DNA of 64,000 bases from Oopsacas minuta (taxonomy: Eukaryota; Animalia; Porifera), in assembly GCA_024704765.1 (NCBI GenBank), contig JAKMXF010000313.1, positions 62,001-126,000 of the forward strand. Reading direction: 5' to 3'. The notes under the pieces are model-generated. The model saw nothing but the letters and a program-made list of their open reading frames with translations. It had not been told where the DNA came from and ran no database searches. A program made the position numbers and the translations under genes. Below, one piece after another: positions 11,150 to 25,600 of this stretch (positions within the stretch are counted from its first letter, which is position 1; each line of letters begins with the position of its first letter).

Positions 11150-12175
11150 TGTGGGGTTTCACAATATGGCAAAATACATGAAGATACCGTTTCAACTTGT
11201 TCAAAACTTTGCCCTAAACACCAAAGGTGTTCTACGAGATTAATCGCGATGACATGTCAGCATAAGTTCTGCTACGGGTTTGAAATTACAACTTCAAGAG
11301 AGTCAGCTATTGTTATTTATAATATGCTTCTGAGAAAATTAGAATCCCCCAGCTGTAATCATATATGATAGTGCATGCAACTTTAACACAACTGCTATCG
11401 TGAGGTTTGTACTATATTAATAGTGTACATTTTGTCTCATTTAAATTATTATTTAATATTCTAATCTTTCTATTGTAGAGAGCCTTCCTTATTTCGTGAT
11501 ACAGCAATTTGGTAGATAGCAAAAATCATCGCTCTGAACCTATAATTTCGATCAATACCTGGCGTACAGATCAGGGCCGTAGCTAGGGGGGGCTGAGCCC
11601 CCCCTAGCAAATTTAACCACCCCGTAAATTTTTGCTAAGCTATATTGATCTTTACTATCTTAGATCTTAAATATTAGTTAAATCAAGGAAATGTTTGTGA
11701 ATATGTAAAATTGACTATACATTTTAGTTATCTAATTCCTCTTGCTAGTAAATATACTTAATTATATGGATGCTTTTACAGCGACCATTGAAATTGTACT
11801 TTTTGTTGTTATATTACCACAACATATATTCCTTCCAGTTGATTACATTTTATGTGCCAATAGTGAAATCATTCCTCATGGCTATAATCACCATGCATAG
11901 AAACACGTAGTCCCTTTATAAACTAAGTAATTTTACCTTCCCCCAAAGTAGCTTGGGTGTTAGAGTATGGGCCTACCCCAAAAAATAGATATAAAAATCT
12001 TAAGCATCCAAGCCCCTCCTAACACTACGCTCTGGCTACGGCCCTGGTACAGATGCTATTGGAAAAATAAATTCAGAAATTTGTGAATAATATTTTCAAC
12101 TTTACGGAGAATTGCAACACAGATTGAGTATTTGCGGGTTGAAAATGTATGCGTGTAAGTATAGAAATGTATATG
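11150..12175 (+). pseudogene. KDZ-type transposase relic (unit 1) with a 74-bp intron (11405..11478)
   Basis: TCSKLCPKHQRCSTRLIAMTCQHKFCYGFEITTSRES...PPAVIIYDSACN...VR|EPSLFRDT...INSEICE*YFSTLRRIATQ. Interrupted by a hAT MITE. Confidence 0.8.
11572..12046. mobile_element. hAT-type MITE
   Basis: TIR CAGGGCCGTAGC / GCTACGGCCCTG with a perfect 8-bp TSD GTACAGAT (11564..11571, 12047..12054). Confidence 0.9.
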
Positions 12176-12264
12176 TGGTATATGAGTAGTATTAGTTGAC
12201 TCTAGTTATACTATACAACGAGGATCGATATATAAAACTAATTTGACCAAGTTAGGCAAGGAAA

Positions 12265-13790
12265 ACTTCTATACTAGAGCGGTCAGGAAACCAAGCACAT
12301 TCGTTATGACATCACTTTCCACATGTATCACATTGAACAGTTTATTCGACTGAATTTGCGATGTCTCCCACATAAGCGTATCCTTGCAGATTACAGTCGC
12401 ATATTTGAGTAATAATTAACTGATGTGGTTTGGTAATTTCCTGTGTGTACTCCACGTGTAGGTATCATTGGAAATGGAATTACTCGTTCTTTAACTATAC
12501 ATTCAATACAATGAGACCTCATTAGACTCTGATTTCAGGACTGAGCTTCAGGATCAATACCAGCAGCTATGGCTTTACCGACAGATAGTGAGAACAAGCC
12601 ACATTCAGAACTCCCTCCTGTTTTGTATACTGGGAACAATTACCAAAAGCTTTGGAGATTTGTCAGCATACAATAATGCCAATTGCGTATCTAGGTCTCC
12701 ACAAGTTTTCCGAATACACAGTGAGTCGTACACATATACTCCACCTTTACTATCATACTTTTAGCATACCAAGTGTCGACTACATGAACATATCTGTATA
12801 CTTGGGGTCTCTAGTGGGCCGCAGGGCTTTCTTGAAACGAAGTTTCTAAATGGTTACAAAATATAATATAGGAGTAATGAATTCTAATTTATTTAGGTCT
12901 GAAAGTATTCCCGATCCATTTCCCTAGAAATATAACTTGTTGATAATTTAAAATACGATGTAAATTGAACACCTCTGAATAATTTATGCGATAAGTGCGA
13001 AGTTAAATATCAATATTACTTGTGAGAAGAGCATATCTTGTAGTCCTTTGATATCAGAATAGCGAAAGCTATGTTTCAGCAAAATCTAAATAAAACAAAG
13101 TATAATAAAAAATTGAAATGAAATTGATATTATGCAAGTTAGCAACAAATTTAAAGAATCTATAAAGTAATGATATGACCTTGCTATCTTAAATTCTTAC
13201 GGATAGGCTCAAACAGAATAAATTAACTGTGACATCTGAGAGCCAATGATTTGTCGGAGAAAGTTCACGCAGACATGTTTCTCTGCAGGGTTGTTTCAAA
13301 ATATTAGCAGCATTCGGTGTAGTCATAACGATATTACGGTCGTCAGTTTGCACATCATTAGCCTCGTCACTATATCATCTGTGATGTTAAATGGAACAGG
13401 ACTGTGCAGCAGATTCATTGAGGTACTGATTTGTGTTCCAAATGGTAACCCTTCAAGGAATGACTTTCAGAGTTTGGAATACTATCATTAGTATCATTTC
13501 CTGCTAGTCCTTGTTTTTGTATTACAGGCGTTACCATGAGTGATTGTGTAAATCCTCTTTGGGCCGTGCTTGTGATCATTCTGGGTTTCATGGAATTTTT
13601 CACACTTTGGGGTTTGTCTTCAATCTTGTTTACTATTGGAAGGTTATTATGCTCCATGTACGATATTAGCATATCAATTAGTACATTCTTAGTTACATTT
13701 GACTTAGATATACACTAGAATTTTATTGAGTTGGCCACCAGGCAGGTTTTGCTCTTCTACTCCCCAAATTACGTGCACATCCTAAAAACA
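12265..13790 (-). pseudogene. Ulp1/C48 SUMO-protease + PHD finger gene relic (unit 1 partner)
   Basis: CLRELSPTNHWLSDVTVNLF; IQI..SRH(L/W)VC; VYVYDSL; IQ(K)QEG.SECGLFSL...GIDP...NQSLMRSHC...PFP. Then C-x-C...VQCDTCGK*CHNEC (PHD). Several stops and frameshifts. Confidence 0.75.
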
Positions 13791-13969
13791 AAATGTGAAG
13801 TTTACTAATTTGCTCCTTATACACATATAATATAGATTCTCACAAAAGTCTATACGTCACAGTTATTTAAACAGATATCTAATGGTGATATATATATATA
13901 ACTATTTATGGTACGTGTATGGACTGAGGTCTCCCTTTCAGCTAAATATCCTGTACCAAACCTTGTTTA

Positions 13970-14330
13970 TCTATATTATTAAATCTCAATTGTTGTCTGT
14001 TTGTCTGTTTGTTTGTTTGTTTGTCCGTTGTCAAGGAAAGGATTTACTGTATGCAATTTCGAAATTGTCGCGTAATTATGTATTTATCGTGTTTATCAAG
14101 GAAGTTTAAATATAATTCAATAAAACTTCACTAAACATATCGAACATGCTGAATCCGATTTCCACACTTTTGGATAATCATATGTAAAGTTATTTTTGAT
14201 TTATTAATATAAAGTAAACAAATTATCCAAATTTGGGTAGAATCATACTTTCAACGACTATACTTGGGTATTAGAGTAAGGCCGATATAATGGAAATTGG
14301 TATAGGTGCATAGGTACATTTTGGGATGGA
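13970..14330 (+). mobile_element. Helitron-like family A copy (3'-truncated)
   Basis: TCTATATTATTAAATCTCAATTG start, (TGTT/TCTG)n, and the shared body gtccgttgtcaaggaaagg. Confidence 0.7.
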
Positions 14331-15599
14331 GGTTTGCACCTAGATCGTATAAAATCTTAAAATGTGGGCTTATCGCACAGAATATAAGTCTCTCATGTTA
14401 AGCAAAGTTAGAAGTCATTCTTAATAAGGTTATAGCAATATAAAGATGGTTCGACCATTCTCTACCACTCAGTCAAGTAGTTTTCCACCATTCAGTCAGA
14501 CCCCAAAATATTTATTCACCTGAATTGTGAATTAAATTTTCTGAATTTCTTTCTCGGCAGTTGAATAAGAGTTATTCGACTGTCGAAAAAAGGCTTTTAA
14601 TAATATGAGATTTAAGGCATTAATAAATCCCTAGGCCGGCGAAGTAAATTGAAATTGAAACTGAATGTGATTGTATCTATTTATAGTAAACCCCACAGCC
14701 AACGCTGAGCTTGAATAAATTATAATTTACTGTTCCTTAAGATTAATACGACCAGTCGGGTCGGATTTGAGTGAGTTATAATATTTTGAAAAACTTATTG
14801 AAATATCGTAAAAAATAGTTAGAAATAATGGAATATTCATATGAAACCTTTATATCGATATATCCATGGACATTGAGGAATTAGGTAGATGTAGTTACCC
14901 TTGACTCCTTCTAACTACATGATTCCAAGTAGACTTACACTATGACAAATCAATCTAGCCTATCCATTTTAAGGATGTCAAATTGTATCACACAAATGTT
15001 CTTGAACAATATCCACAAGATAGGTATTCCACGTATTTCTTTTCCTCAGTGAGGTATGATTGCTTTGGGAATCTACAGCACATTCACATTTTGTTGTTTG
15101 ATATATTTTGTAGATGGAAGACTTATTTCAGAATCTTCCATTCATAACATCGCGATTCAAGAGCGGCGGAACCTCCGTGCTTCTAGGGGGCTATAGTTCC
15201 CCTACTTTTGAGTCATAAAGTATATATGTCGCCCATATATTTCGTTCTCCTATTTGAAGGTGGACATAGTTAAACAGGCTAGCCATAGTTTTATTAGCTT
15301 CCACCGCCACTGTCGCGATTGATTTAATGGAATTCCATAGATAATTTTGTGAAGAAGATTGTCAATGAGAACTTTGTATATAAGTATAGGGGACTGGGGA
15401 CTACATGGCATCGTTATCATTACTTTTTTAGTATAATATTTAACGATCACAAGAGAAGAAATTACTGTATTGCTAATTTTCGTATGAAAGCTCTCTACTG
15501 TGTGAAAAATTTCAAAAGTACTACATTTAAATGGATATCCAGAGTACAAAATATCCATGGCAAGCCTTTTTCTTGGATATAGTTGAAAAGGGTTTGTAT

Positions 15600-17100
15600 C
15601 GCTCTCCATACTTTAACAAGGATTATGAATACTCATGGTCAGGGGCTTCGGTGAAAATGGTGGACTTGGCAAGAGAATTAAGGGAAATTTCAGACTCTAT
15701 TTTATAATTAACCCTCAGGATATCTAATTGCAAATTCAGTTGTTGTGAGCAAATATCATCGGCATAGAAACTCTTTACGAAAAAAATTCTTCTTCATAAG
15801 GGCTTTCATTTACAGATGGTACCTTTTGTTTTATCGGCAATCTGGAATTGTTTACTCATAAATCTTCTACTGGTTTATAGCACTTATCCAAAAAGTGATA
15901 CATCTCTCTTCTATTTTCATATCATTGAGCGTTTACAAGTTATGAGCACAATCTGTTGTGCTTCTGATGCAAATATATCTTTGGACTGGAGAGTCTTACT
16001 GAGATTATCAGAATGGCAAAGAAGTTCTCCAATAAGTACTCCAAAGAGAAAATCGAAAGTCTCCATCTAGGAAGATACATCACGAAATCAAATTTTTATT
16101 ATGGCACAGTGTTTCTTACCAAAGCAATCGCAAAAGCTCTATAATTAACCTTAATACGATGCAAAGCTTGACTTCTAACTCTCCCTCTTGTTGGGCATCT
16201 CTTTGAGGAGATCGCTTGACTAATTTAGCAATTTCCTGTGTAATCTCCTATGCATCTTTCATTATTTTTTGATTGTGTCACAACAAGCCAAATTTACGGA
16301 ATACCAATAACAGTGAGTATGTACTGCGCGTGGTTCCTCTTATAAAGCCTGCGTGGACACTCCATTCCGATCCCCTTATATTGAAGCTGCACCGTAATAA
16401 AATAGGCCACGTAATTTAGCAAAAGATATATTTAGGCCTAACATAGCTACAATAGAATTAGCATCAGTAGATTCCATCTGATAAAGACGGAAGCACTACT
16501 AATCATGTACTTCTAGTTCGTCATCAACTCATCGTATACAATAAAGGCTGCACATTATTAGATGTATCTGTTGTTTCATCAAACATAAGTTAGTAGTATG
16601 AAACTAAATGAAGACCAACTACAAACTTTCGGGATAATGTAGGACATTGTTTCAATATCTCACTTTGAATTTCAGAGGAGGTGTACATATTCGAATTCTT
16701 TCCCATCCAAGCGATGATGCGAATTCTGAGCTTCAGAACTTGGAGAAGTTAAGAATTAGGTCCATCATCATGACCCCTAATGCAAAGACCTTAACGAGCA
16801 TATTGTAGAGGATTTTCAAAAAACAATGGCGGTTGTCACATTTATCTTGTTCAAGTTTTTTGAAAGACTTTCAACCACATTAACAATTGTAGAAGGCACT
16901 ATAATAATTCATAAAATCGAATTTGCGAAATCTCCTAAATAAGGAATATACTTCAGTGTATGAATCAGCGTTCGACAAAATATAAATTTGTTGGTGGCTG
17001 ACCTTAGCCACCAAACCAGCTAATCTCCGGAGCACTGGTGTGACTGTGGTCATACATAGATTGAGTATATTTCCGAACTATAGTATTAGTGTGTATTAAT
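15600..17100 (-). pseudogene. hAT (ZMYM1-like / DUF4371) transposase relic
   Basis: YTSSEIQSEIL, FDETTDTSN, SVNLACCDTIK...AKLVKRSPQRD, METFDFLFGVLIGELL..SDNLSKTLQ. Many stops. Confidence 0.75.
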
Positions 17101-17947
17101 TATTAATAAAGAGAATTGAAATTGTGTAAGCAAATTTGTCACTTTGTATGCTATACTTACTATTTTATGACCTTTTCCGTCTATTTTTTATTTGAGCAGA
17201 GGTGCCGCGAAGGTCCAGCACAGGCCCCACTTCATTAATGTAAATATGCCACAGTAATAACCTGTGCCCCACCAGTAGAGGCGGGCTAGCGCCGCCACTG
17301 ATGTTGAGTAATTATTTTCTTTACAAAATGATAGTTCTTTCTTTCAGAGTGGTCATTCTGCCTTTTAATCAACAACAATAACCCATAACGAAAATACTTC
17401 CAATCATGGTCATGTTCGATCAATTTATGATTATATTCTAATACTGTAAAATCTTATGTTCAATACAGAGGCTTAGCGAGGGTGCGGCATATGCGGCACA
17501 TGCCGCACCTAATTTGCCTGTGCCCACCAAAGGTTTACATGGAAATGTATTACATGTGCGGCCTTAGCTACTCCTCTGGTTGCATATTATGAGATTGTGA
17601 CGTGATGTATTATATGAAAACCGAAAGATAGACATGTTTGTATAAGGCTATGGCTGCAGTGCCTGTACCGGTACTGGAAGGGAATATTTACAGTACCGGT
17701 ACAAGGATCGGAGAAAGTATGCCTAGAGTACAGGTAGGCATCTTGGGTTGAAACTAATTAAGCAACAAGATATTCCATCATAACACCCCTCAGGGACATC
17801 AAGGAGGCAGTGAAACATCTGGCCGCATTGAAGAGCATTTTTCCACTAATCCACTGTAAATTCTGAACTACATGAATGAATTGTGGAAGGAATCCTCCAA
17901 TACTACAATTGGAAATAATAATATAATATTACTGACGAAAAAAGTAA

Positions 17948-18020
17948 GGCAAGAATGGGATTCGAACCCAGGACATAAAGGTTATTAGCTTATGATCTTA
18001 CAACCTGGACCATACAAATA
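17948..18020 (-). pseudogene. tRNA-Ile(AAT)-like pseudogene or SINE head
   Basis: The minus strand shows an A-box-like TGGTCCAGGTTG, a CTAATAA loop and a B box GGTTCGAATCCC. Acceptor and anticodon stems pair poorly. Confidence 0.5.
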
Positions 18021-18518
18021 CACAAATCATCAACGGCTAAATGCGAAATAAAAGCTCCTATTGACAGTGAAATAGTAAAGAATACCACAAGAAAGAGGCA
18101 TCATCAACCAACACTAAAGAAAATCAATGAATAAGGAAGCAAAAACAAAATACACAAACCCTGATTCACAGTAATTTCGTTACCGTACTGCAAGGTGAAT
18201 TTGCACGATTCCGGTCTACATTTTCAAATGCGAACATATTAAGTTAGTGTCAGTTCTCTCTTGCCCCGCCATTTTTTAATGTATAATTTAAGAAAAATTC
18301 AGCAAAAATAATTTTTAATTTTGTTCTTCGGAATATACTTTGTTCATGTGATGGGACACGTAAAAACAAAATTCTTGGATGAGCCCTTCAAAAATCCTAT
18401 GAAGAAAAGGATGTTAACAAGCATAATGGTCTCTCAGTTCAACAATATGTTTAATCGTATTAGTTGAGTTGAAATTAGGCATATTCTTAACCATAAATAT
18501 TTATGATATTGTTAGTAT

Positions 18519-19668
18519 TCAAGGAGTGTCTAATCCAGAATCATCTGATCCACTTCCTTCCGTTGAAGTCGTTTCCTCTTGCTCAATGAAATCATTGTCA
18601 AGTTCTTTGTCATGTTCATCAAGACCGTAGTCAAAGTTTTCTTGGTGGGAATCAGGAAAATACACAGTAAATACACAAGATTGTTTACAATTTAAACCAA
18701 TATATGAATCTGAAATAAGAAATATATCGTATTGGTAACGTCCAATTTGGAGCGGTGCTTGAAATTTAAGTTCGGCCTCTAAGGTATTCACCAAACCAGA
18801 AATAAATTTAGGTGCAGCAACCAGGGACCTGGATTTGAGATCTGACATATACAACCACCACCCCTCGTGCCTGGTACCACAAAAATTCGGACAGTGTACA
18901 GGGAAGGAGCATAATTCATCACGGGAAGATGATTTGCCCTTATTCTTTTTAAGGATAGTCTTTTGAAGTAGTTCAAATTCTTTGTCTTCATCAACATCGT
19001 CCAATTCCTGATGTTCTTTGTCCATCAAATTATTTATTGATTTAACTTGTCCTACTACATCAATCTTTTCTTGTGTAAAGTTTGCTTTAGGAACTTTTCT
19101 AGCTAGTTTGTGATTTTTAACTCTCTTACTAACCTTTGTACCTTTTGTTTTTGAACGAATCATAGTGGAGTTAGTATTACACAATGGTAGTATAGTCCCA
19201 ACGTTATCTTCTACAGTTACATCAGGAGTCTTCTCAGTATCTCCCAATTCAACAGTGGACAGTAAATTTGTGCGTTGGAGATAGATATTTACGGTTACCA
19301 AAGCACCAGGAGTAATTCTGCTGCTATCTTTTAAATCAACAATTTCCAATTCTATTTGCATATCTATCTTTGGCATTCCACTTAAAACAGCGATTACATC
19401 GAGATATTCATCTTGTGTTAGATGTCTTAGTAATTTGCGACGTTCTTCTTCTGTCAAATTAGCAATATCATCGAGTGACCGAACACTCCTCTTTTTAGTA
19501 GTGAAATGTTTGAATTCTGTCTCATTTATGTGTGGTAACTGCAACAAAGGGGATGAATTAAGATCAGTGAGCTTTTGGGTGATCATTGATCCAAGTTTTA
19601 GAATATTCTCAAGTGTTTCAAGAGTTGGACCTTTATTATTCTTGAACTGAGTTTGGCGCTTCAATTTT
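18519..19668 (-). CDS. SEC63: SEC63 exon 4 (Brl domain, acidic C-terminus)
   Basis: Acceptor tttctag|A completes an Arg codon (phase 2). Translation includes PTLETLENILKL...SPLLQLPHI...SDSYIG. TGA stop at 18519..18521. Confidence 0.95.
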
Positions 19669-22600
19669 CTAGAAAGATACAAAGATAACTAACATTCAGA
19701 ATATTTTTTCCAATTCGGTTGGAATTCTAAGAATATTCTCTTAATTAATCCACAAATATCTATGAGCATCTGCCTAAAGATTCTATGGATATAGCAGAAA
19801 GTAGAACGATGGCTTGTTATCATTGTTTATGACATTTTGGTGCCCTGTTTCATTTGTAGCAGGTGCGTTCCAATACTATTGGTCATATAATTTGCTGATA
19901 AAAATGCCTAAATAAAACGCAGTTTTTATCATAGTTTGGGATTTTGTATATGAAATTGATATGATTTTAAGTTCCAGCATTGCACTCTATACATAAGGCA
20001 ATGGTGCTCATTAAAATTTTTGGAAGAGGGTGGGCGCTAAGTATTTTAGTCGTCAATTTTTAGCTAAATATTCCCGAAATTTTGATATACAATTGATTTT
20101 TGGGAAACTAATTATCCTAATTTGTTGCATCGCCAAATGTGGTGGAAATTTCAAAAAACAGTCTCTAAATATCACAGCATATACTCGAATTTAGTCAATA
20201 TCAGATTCAGCATCAGTATGAGTTTTCTTATGAGATACAAGTATCTATATTATTAAATTGCAATTGTTGGCTATCTGTTTGTTGTCAAGGAAAGGATTTA
20301 TGGAATGTTATATCAAATTCGGTTTTCTCAATTCTGATGTATAAGCGTACATAGTTATGCGACAACAACTATGTACTCATGATTTATGGTGTTTATCAAG
20401 AAAGTAAAGAAAATTCAATAAAACAAAAAACAAAAAATATCAAATATGCTGAATCTGATTTTCACACATTTGAATTAATCATATGCAGTGGCGTAGCACT
20501 GCTTCAAAAAGTGGCCGGCTAGAAATAGAAACAAACCTTGGTTGTATGGTCCAATAAATGTACAGTTAAGACATTGGAAAGTAATTAATGAAATATAAAG
20601 TAGTCTCATTGTAGAAACACTTGATTACATGTCCTGTTTGAAAACGTACCAAAAACAGTTATTCGGTGTTCAGTGCTCGAAAATTGGTTGGCCAACAATG
20701 GAAATATAAATGATTAACAAGGTTAGAAAACTATTTCCATACTTTGGACACAATAGTGCGAAGTAATAATTCATCAAAACAAGAAAAGTCATGGTCCGGC
20801 TAAAAACCGGACAGGCTCAAAATGGTCCAGCAAATTCTGCCCAAAAGAGGTCCGGCCAAAGCCGGACCTACTCCTACACCTATGATATGTAATATTATTT
20901 GTTGTTTTTACGAATATAAATTAAACAAATAGGTGAAATCTCAAAGGGGGTAACAAAGTATGCTGAATCCGAATTTTGTATTATTAAGTTTCGTATGTAA
21001 AATTATTGTTATAGGACGCTACGCGAGAAAATATATATGCCATTAGTTGCCTCGATTTCACAGAATAATGAAAATTTTAATATTAATTGTCACTGGTCCA
21101 CCCAAAATATATCTAAGTGGTGATACTGGAGCTTCTACGTCGCTTATGGATAATAGTCTGTGCACTTTGTGGCTCAGGACTATAAATACTAGAATTTTTC
21201 GAAATTTGGACAATTAGGATGTTTGGGTATAATCATGATGACGTAATAATCCCATGATGATTTGCATTTAGTAAAAGTTATCACATCAGAACGTGAGATA
21301 TATTATGGGGTACATGTGATTCCACTTTCAACCATCTAGTGTGTAGATTGGCTGTGCAGTGGTTAATAATATGATTTTTAGAAAATCCCAAACGGTGACA
21401 ATGACGTCATAATTTCGTCATAAGTGTGAATTCTCGTCCAAGCCTGGTTTAAATTACCCGTGTATGCCAAAAATCAAGTCTGGGGCTTCCAGTCTCTTCA
21501 AGATTAGTAACAAAAAGCCAAGTAGCAACTCCAGTACTATCATAGAAGGCCATTAAATGGAATTTGGATGGATCATGGATAATAAAAAATCAATTTTTCC
21601 TCAAAATATTATCCTCGAGGCACGTAGTGACGATTATAATACCCGGTCGCTACGCGACCGAGTATTACCAGAAGTTCAAAAAAAGTACAAAATTGGTGCA
21701 AAAGAAATCGCCTGTGTAGTATAATATATAAACTAGCGAATTCGATACTTCAGATCACTATTTATTGTCATATTCGTGTTTAGCCTCAAAATGCCAGCAG
21801 TTGATATATTTATATTGACCATATTCCAAGGGATTTCTTCCCTAGCAACGCACAATTCCTCAGGAATGTGACAACATTCCATTCTCAAATTTTGTCCGAA
21901 CTCCATCGAGTGACCCCTTGTTCGACGCCGCTTGGCTAGTTGAGTATAGCTATGCACATATCGACCTTCTAGATGATCTCTAAACACATTCTGCTATATC
22001 GACCTCCGCGGTCTCTCAATTTTCTAGATATGAGCCTTTGGCTCGTCGCTTCTCGATGACTCAGCGCATTGCGCCTCGGGGTATCCTTTATTCTCTAAAT
22101 TGATGGCCCCTTTGAGTATTATAATATAGATATATTTAGAACAATGTAATTCACAAATATACGTATATGGCATATATATTATTGAATTATTTTGTAAGAT
22201 CAACCCCCCTTGTAGCCGTTGAGGGCAAGTATCTACGTAAAGTTTGAGATTTTGCTAATTTGTTTCCAATATATTCATAAAACAACCATAAATTTACATA
22301 TGAGAAACTTGTAAATGCGAAATTCAGATTCAGCGTACTCAGTTACCCCCGGGTAGCCGTTTAGAGCAAGCGTATTCATAAAAACAACAATATATTTACA
22401 TATCAACGGACTTTCAAACAGACAAACAACAATTGACATTTAATAATATAGATGCTGTTTACAGTACCAAATTTGGAATCAGCACACTCGATTACCCCAG
22501 GATAGTCGTTGAAAGTATAAAAATCGGATTCAGCATGTTTGATATATTTAGTGAAGTTTTATTGAATTCTATGTACTTCCTTGATAAACACGATAAATAC

Positions 22601-25600
22601 ATAGTTATGCGACAACCTTGACAACGGACAAACAAACAAACAAACAAACAGACAGACAATCATCGAGATTTAATAATATAGATTACTTACATGATGCTAT
22701 TGTCAGTTCTGTTTATATGTAGCAATAAATTTATTCATTTACCTTGTAGTGTAGATCTCAGTAGTGACCTAAATATGATGCAAAAAAGTTTTAACCGAAT
22801 ATTATTTGGGGATTAGTTCAATATTAGGTTATCAATTGAATATCAGTATTCGGTTGGGCACACCGAATTATACCAGTATTCTGTTAAGCCACTATTCCTG
22901 AATACTGATATTCGGTTCGAGCGGTTTCAATATTAGTTTATAGATGTGTTACGGAAATCAATCCAGTGAAATAGGCCCAACAAATTTCTCACACTAGCTA
23001 TAATAGGCAATAGATGGCTCGTGGTCCCTACCGTATTAGTTATCAGGCCACCTTCACGCGGTTACACCGACCTCAGAATATTTCACATACTAGCTCTAAG
23101 ATCCCATGAGAGTAGGGATAGCAGAGAATACATTAAACATATACAGTAGAACCTCATTAATACGTACACCAAGGGACCGTCGAGATTTGTAGTCCTTATG
23201 CGGAGTACGTATTAACAGGAGTAAAAACAATTGAATTTCCATTGACGGATTAAAATTGTGTAAAATTGTGTTCTTCTTAACCGGAAATTCGTATTAACGA
23301 GGTTTCACTGTAGTGATACACTTTGGGTGATGTATTTAGGGGACTACCATAACATCACGTCACATCCAGGAAATTAGGCACGCCCCCAGCAAGAGTGTGG
23401 TCAAATTACTAACAAAAGAAATTTAGTCCTCAATAGGCTTCAAGACTTGAACAACGGTTTGCGCTCAAGCGCGGTCATTTCCGCTACGCTCATTCACGCG
23501 TTTAATAATTAAAGTCAAGGGGCTGTCGTATTTTCTTTGTTCTATATTCGATTACATTTCATTGAATCTAAATACTTGTGTATACTTGAACGCATAACAA
23601 TATTACAATGTGTTGGTAATTTGCAGCATTCCCCTCAAAATATTATACAACAAGCCTTATGTAGGCTATGCTTAGCCATTCTTGGCTGTAATACAGTTCT
23701 TTCAAAATACTGAAAGAGGACTGAGTTATGAAAACTTCTTGTTGGATGTAGCATATATTACAGTGTTGCAGCGGCCCGGGTATTGGATTGACCGGTCTAG
23801 GCCGATAGCATAAACCTGGTCAACTCACGTTCATCCATCCTAAGGTTATGGCGGAACATTAGCCGCAACACATGTCCGCAAAATCGGGACATTTGCATAT
23901 TGGCTTAGCATTAAATGGTTGGCAATCAATAGTATATATTTAATTATTTATAATTAATTAAATCTATATACTAGATAGATAGCCATTAGCCAACCATTTC
24001 AGGCCTAAGTATATAACGTTTAGACCTAAGTTGTTTAATAAGTCTTTCAATGAAGACGTATTACGTATAATACGTATTATACGTTCAATCTACAATTTTG
24101 GTGACGCAATTTCTATTAAGCTGATTTCTGCAATAAATATTCTGCATCAAAACAGTAGTTCTCGAATTGTTAATGAGAAATCTCAGCTTAGTTGACCAAA
24201 TTATATAATCAATAGTATTAAATTTCAATTATTGTTTGTTTGTTTATTTGTACGTTGTCAAGGAAAGGATTTACGGTATGCAATTATTAAATAGTCGCAC
24301 AAATACGTATTTATCGTATTTATCAAGGGAGTAAAAGAATTCAATAAAACTTCACTGAATACAGCCAGGGGACAAAAGTATTCGACCACACAAATATATT
24401 GTCATAAATTGTATACTCTCTCCCGCTCCTATATATTGTGTAGTCTATATTCGTAGCTGCTATCTAGTAATTTGTATAGAATAACATATGTTTTTCAAGA
24501 ATTTCAAAAAAATATTTTAGATTGACACTTTTTGAAGGTGTTAATTATAATAATTATTAGATAATTATTGATAATCAAAATATGTGGTCATTCAAAGCCT
24601 ATTAAGAATCTATCATTTCTGACTTGATATTTGAATTCTACGTAGGCGAGTTACCCCAGATTGAAATTTCCAATCGGATTGAGCAATTTTTACCAGAGTT
24701 ATAGATGAAGTTCAATTTTGTGCCATTTGTGCCACCTTTTGCCGAAGGTGGCACAAGTGGCCGCTACCAAGAGGTTATTTTGGAATTCAAGGGTTAGCAT
24801 AGTCATATCATTCGAAAATATTACTTCGACTTATTCCTCCTAACCCTAGTTGATTTCCTTGTAGTGGCGCTTTTTCTTGCCACCTGTGCCACTTTTTTCA
24901 AAAAGTGGCACAAGTGGGACAAATTGAAATTCTTTTATAACTTTGGTAAAAATTGTTCAATCCGATTGGAAATTTCAATCTGGGGTAACTCGCCTACGTA
25001 GAATTCAAATATCAAGTCAGAAATTATAGATTCTTAATAGGCTTTGAATGACCACATATTTTGATTATCAATAATTATCTAATAATTATTATAATTAACA
25101 CCTTCAAAAAGTGTCAATCTAAAATATTTTTTTGAAATTCTTGAAAAACATATGTTATTCTATACAAATTACTAGATAGCAGCTACGAATATAGACTACA
25201 CAATATATAGGAGCGGGAAAGAGTATACAATTTATGACAATATATTTGTGTGGTCGAATACTTTTGTCCCCTGACTGTATATCGAATATTCTGAATCCGA
25301 TTGTCACACTTTTTGATTAATCATATGTATATACATTGTTGTTTTTATGAATATAAAGCAAACAAATTTCAAAATTGAGGTAGAATCATACTTCCAACGA
25401 CGATATTGAGGTAATCGAGTCTGCTGAGTCTGAATATTGTAAACAACATCAATATTATTAAATCTCAAATGTTTGACTGTTGAATACCTCGAGGCGCAAT
25501 GCGCCGAGTTCATCGCGAAGCGACGAGCCAAAGGCTCGTACTTGATAAAATGTGATATATAAGTTTAAGAGTGTGTAAATATCCTATTTCTGGATTAATT

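Noticed and set aside
13882-14109. Short ORFs with LSVCLFVCLF-type repeats (also 2400..2714, 35093..35296, 38848..39121)
   Set aside because: These are chance frames through the Helitron microsatellite.
17948-18020. Functional tRNA-Ile gene
   Set aside because: The acceptor and anticodon stems do not pair, so it is kept only as a pseudogene or SINE head.
18519-19682. Brr2/SNRNP200 helicase or another Sec63-domain protein
   Set aside because: The upstream TM and J-domain exons and the lack of helicase motifs identify SEC63.
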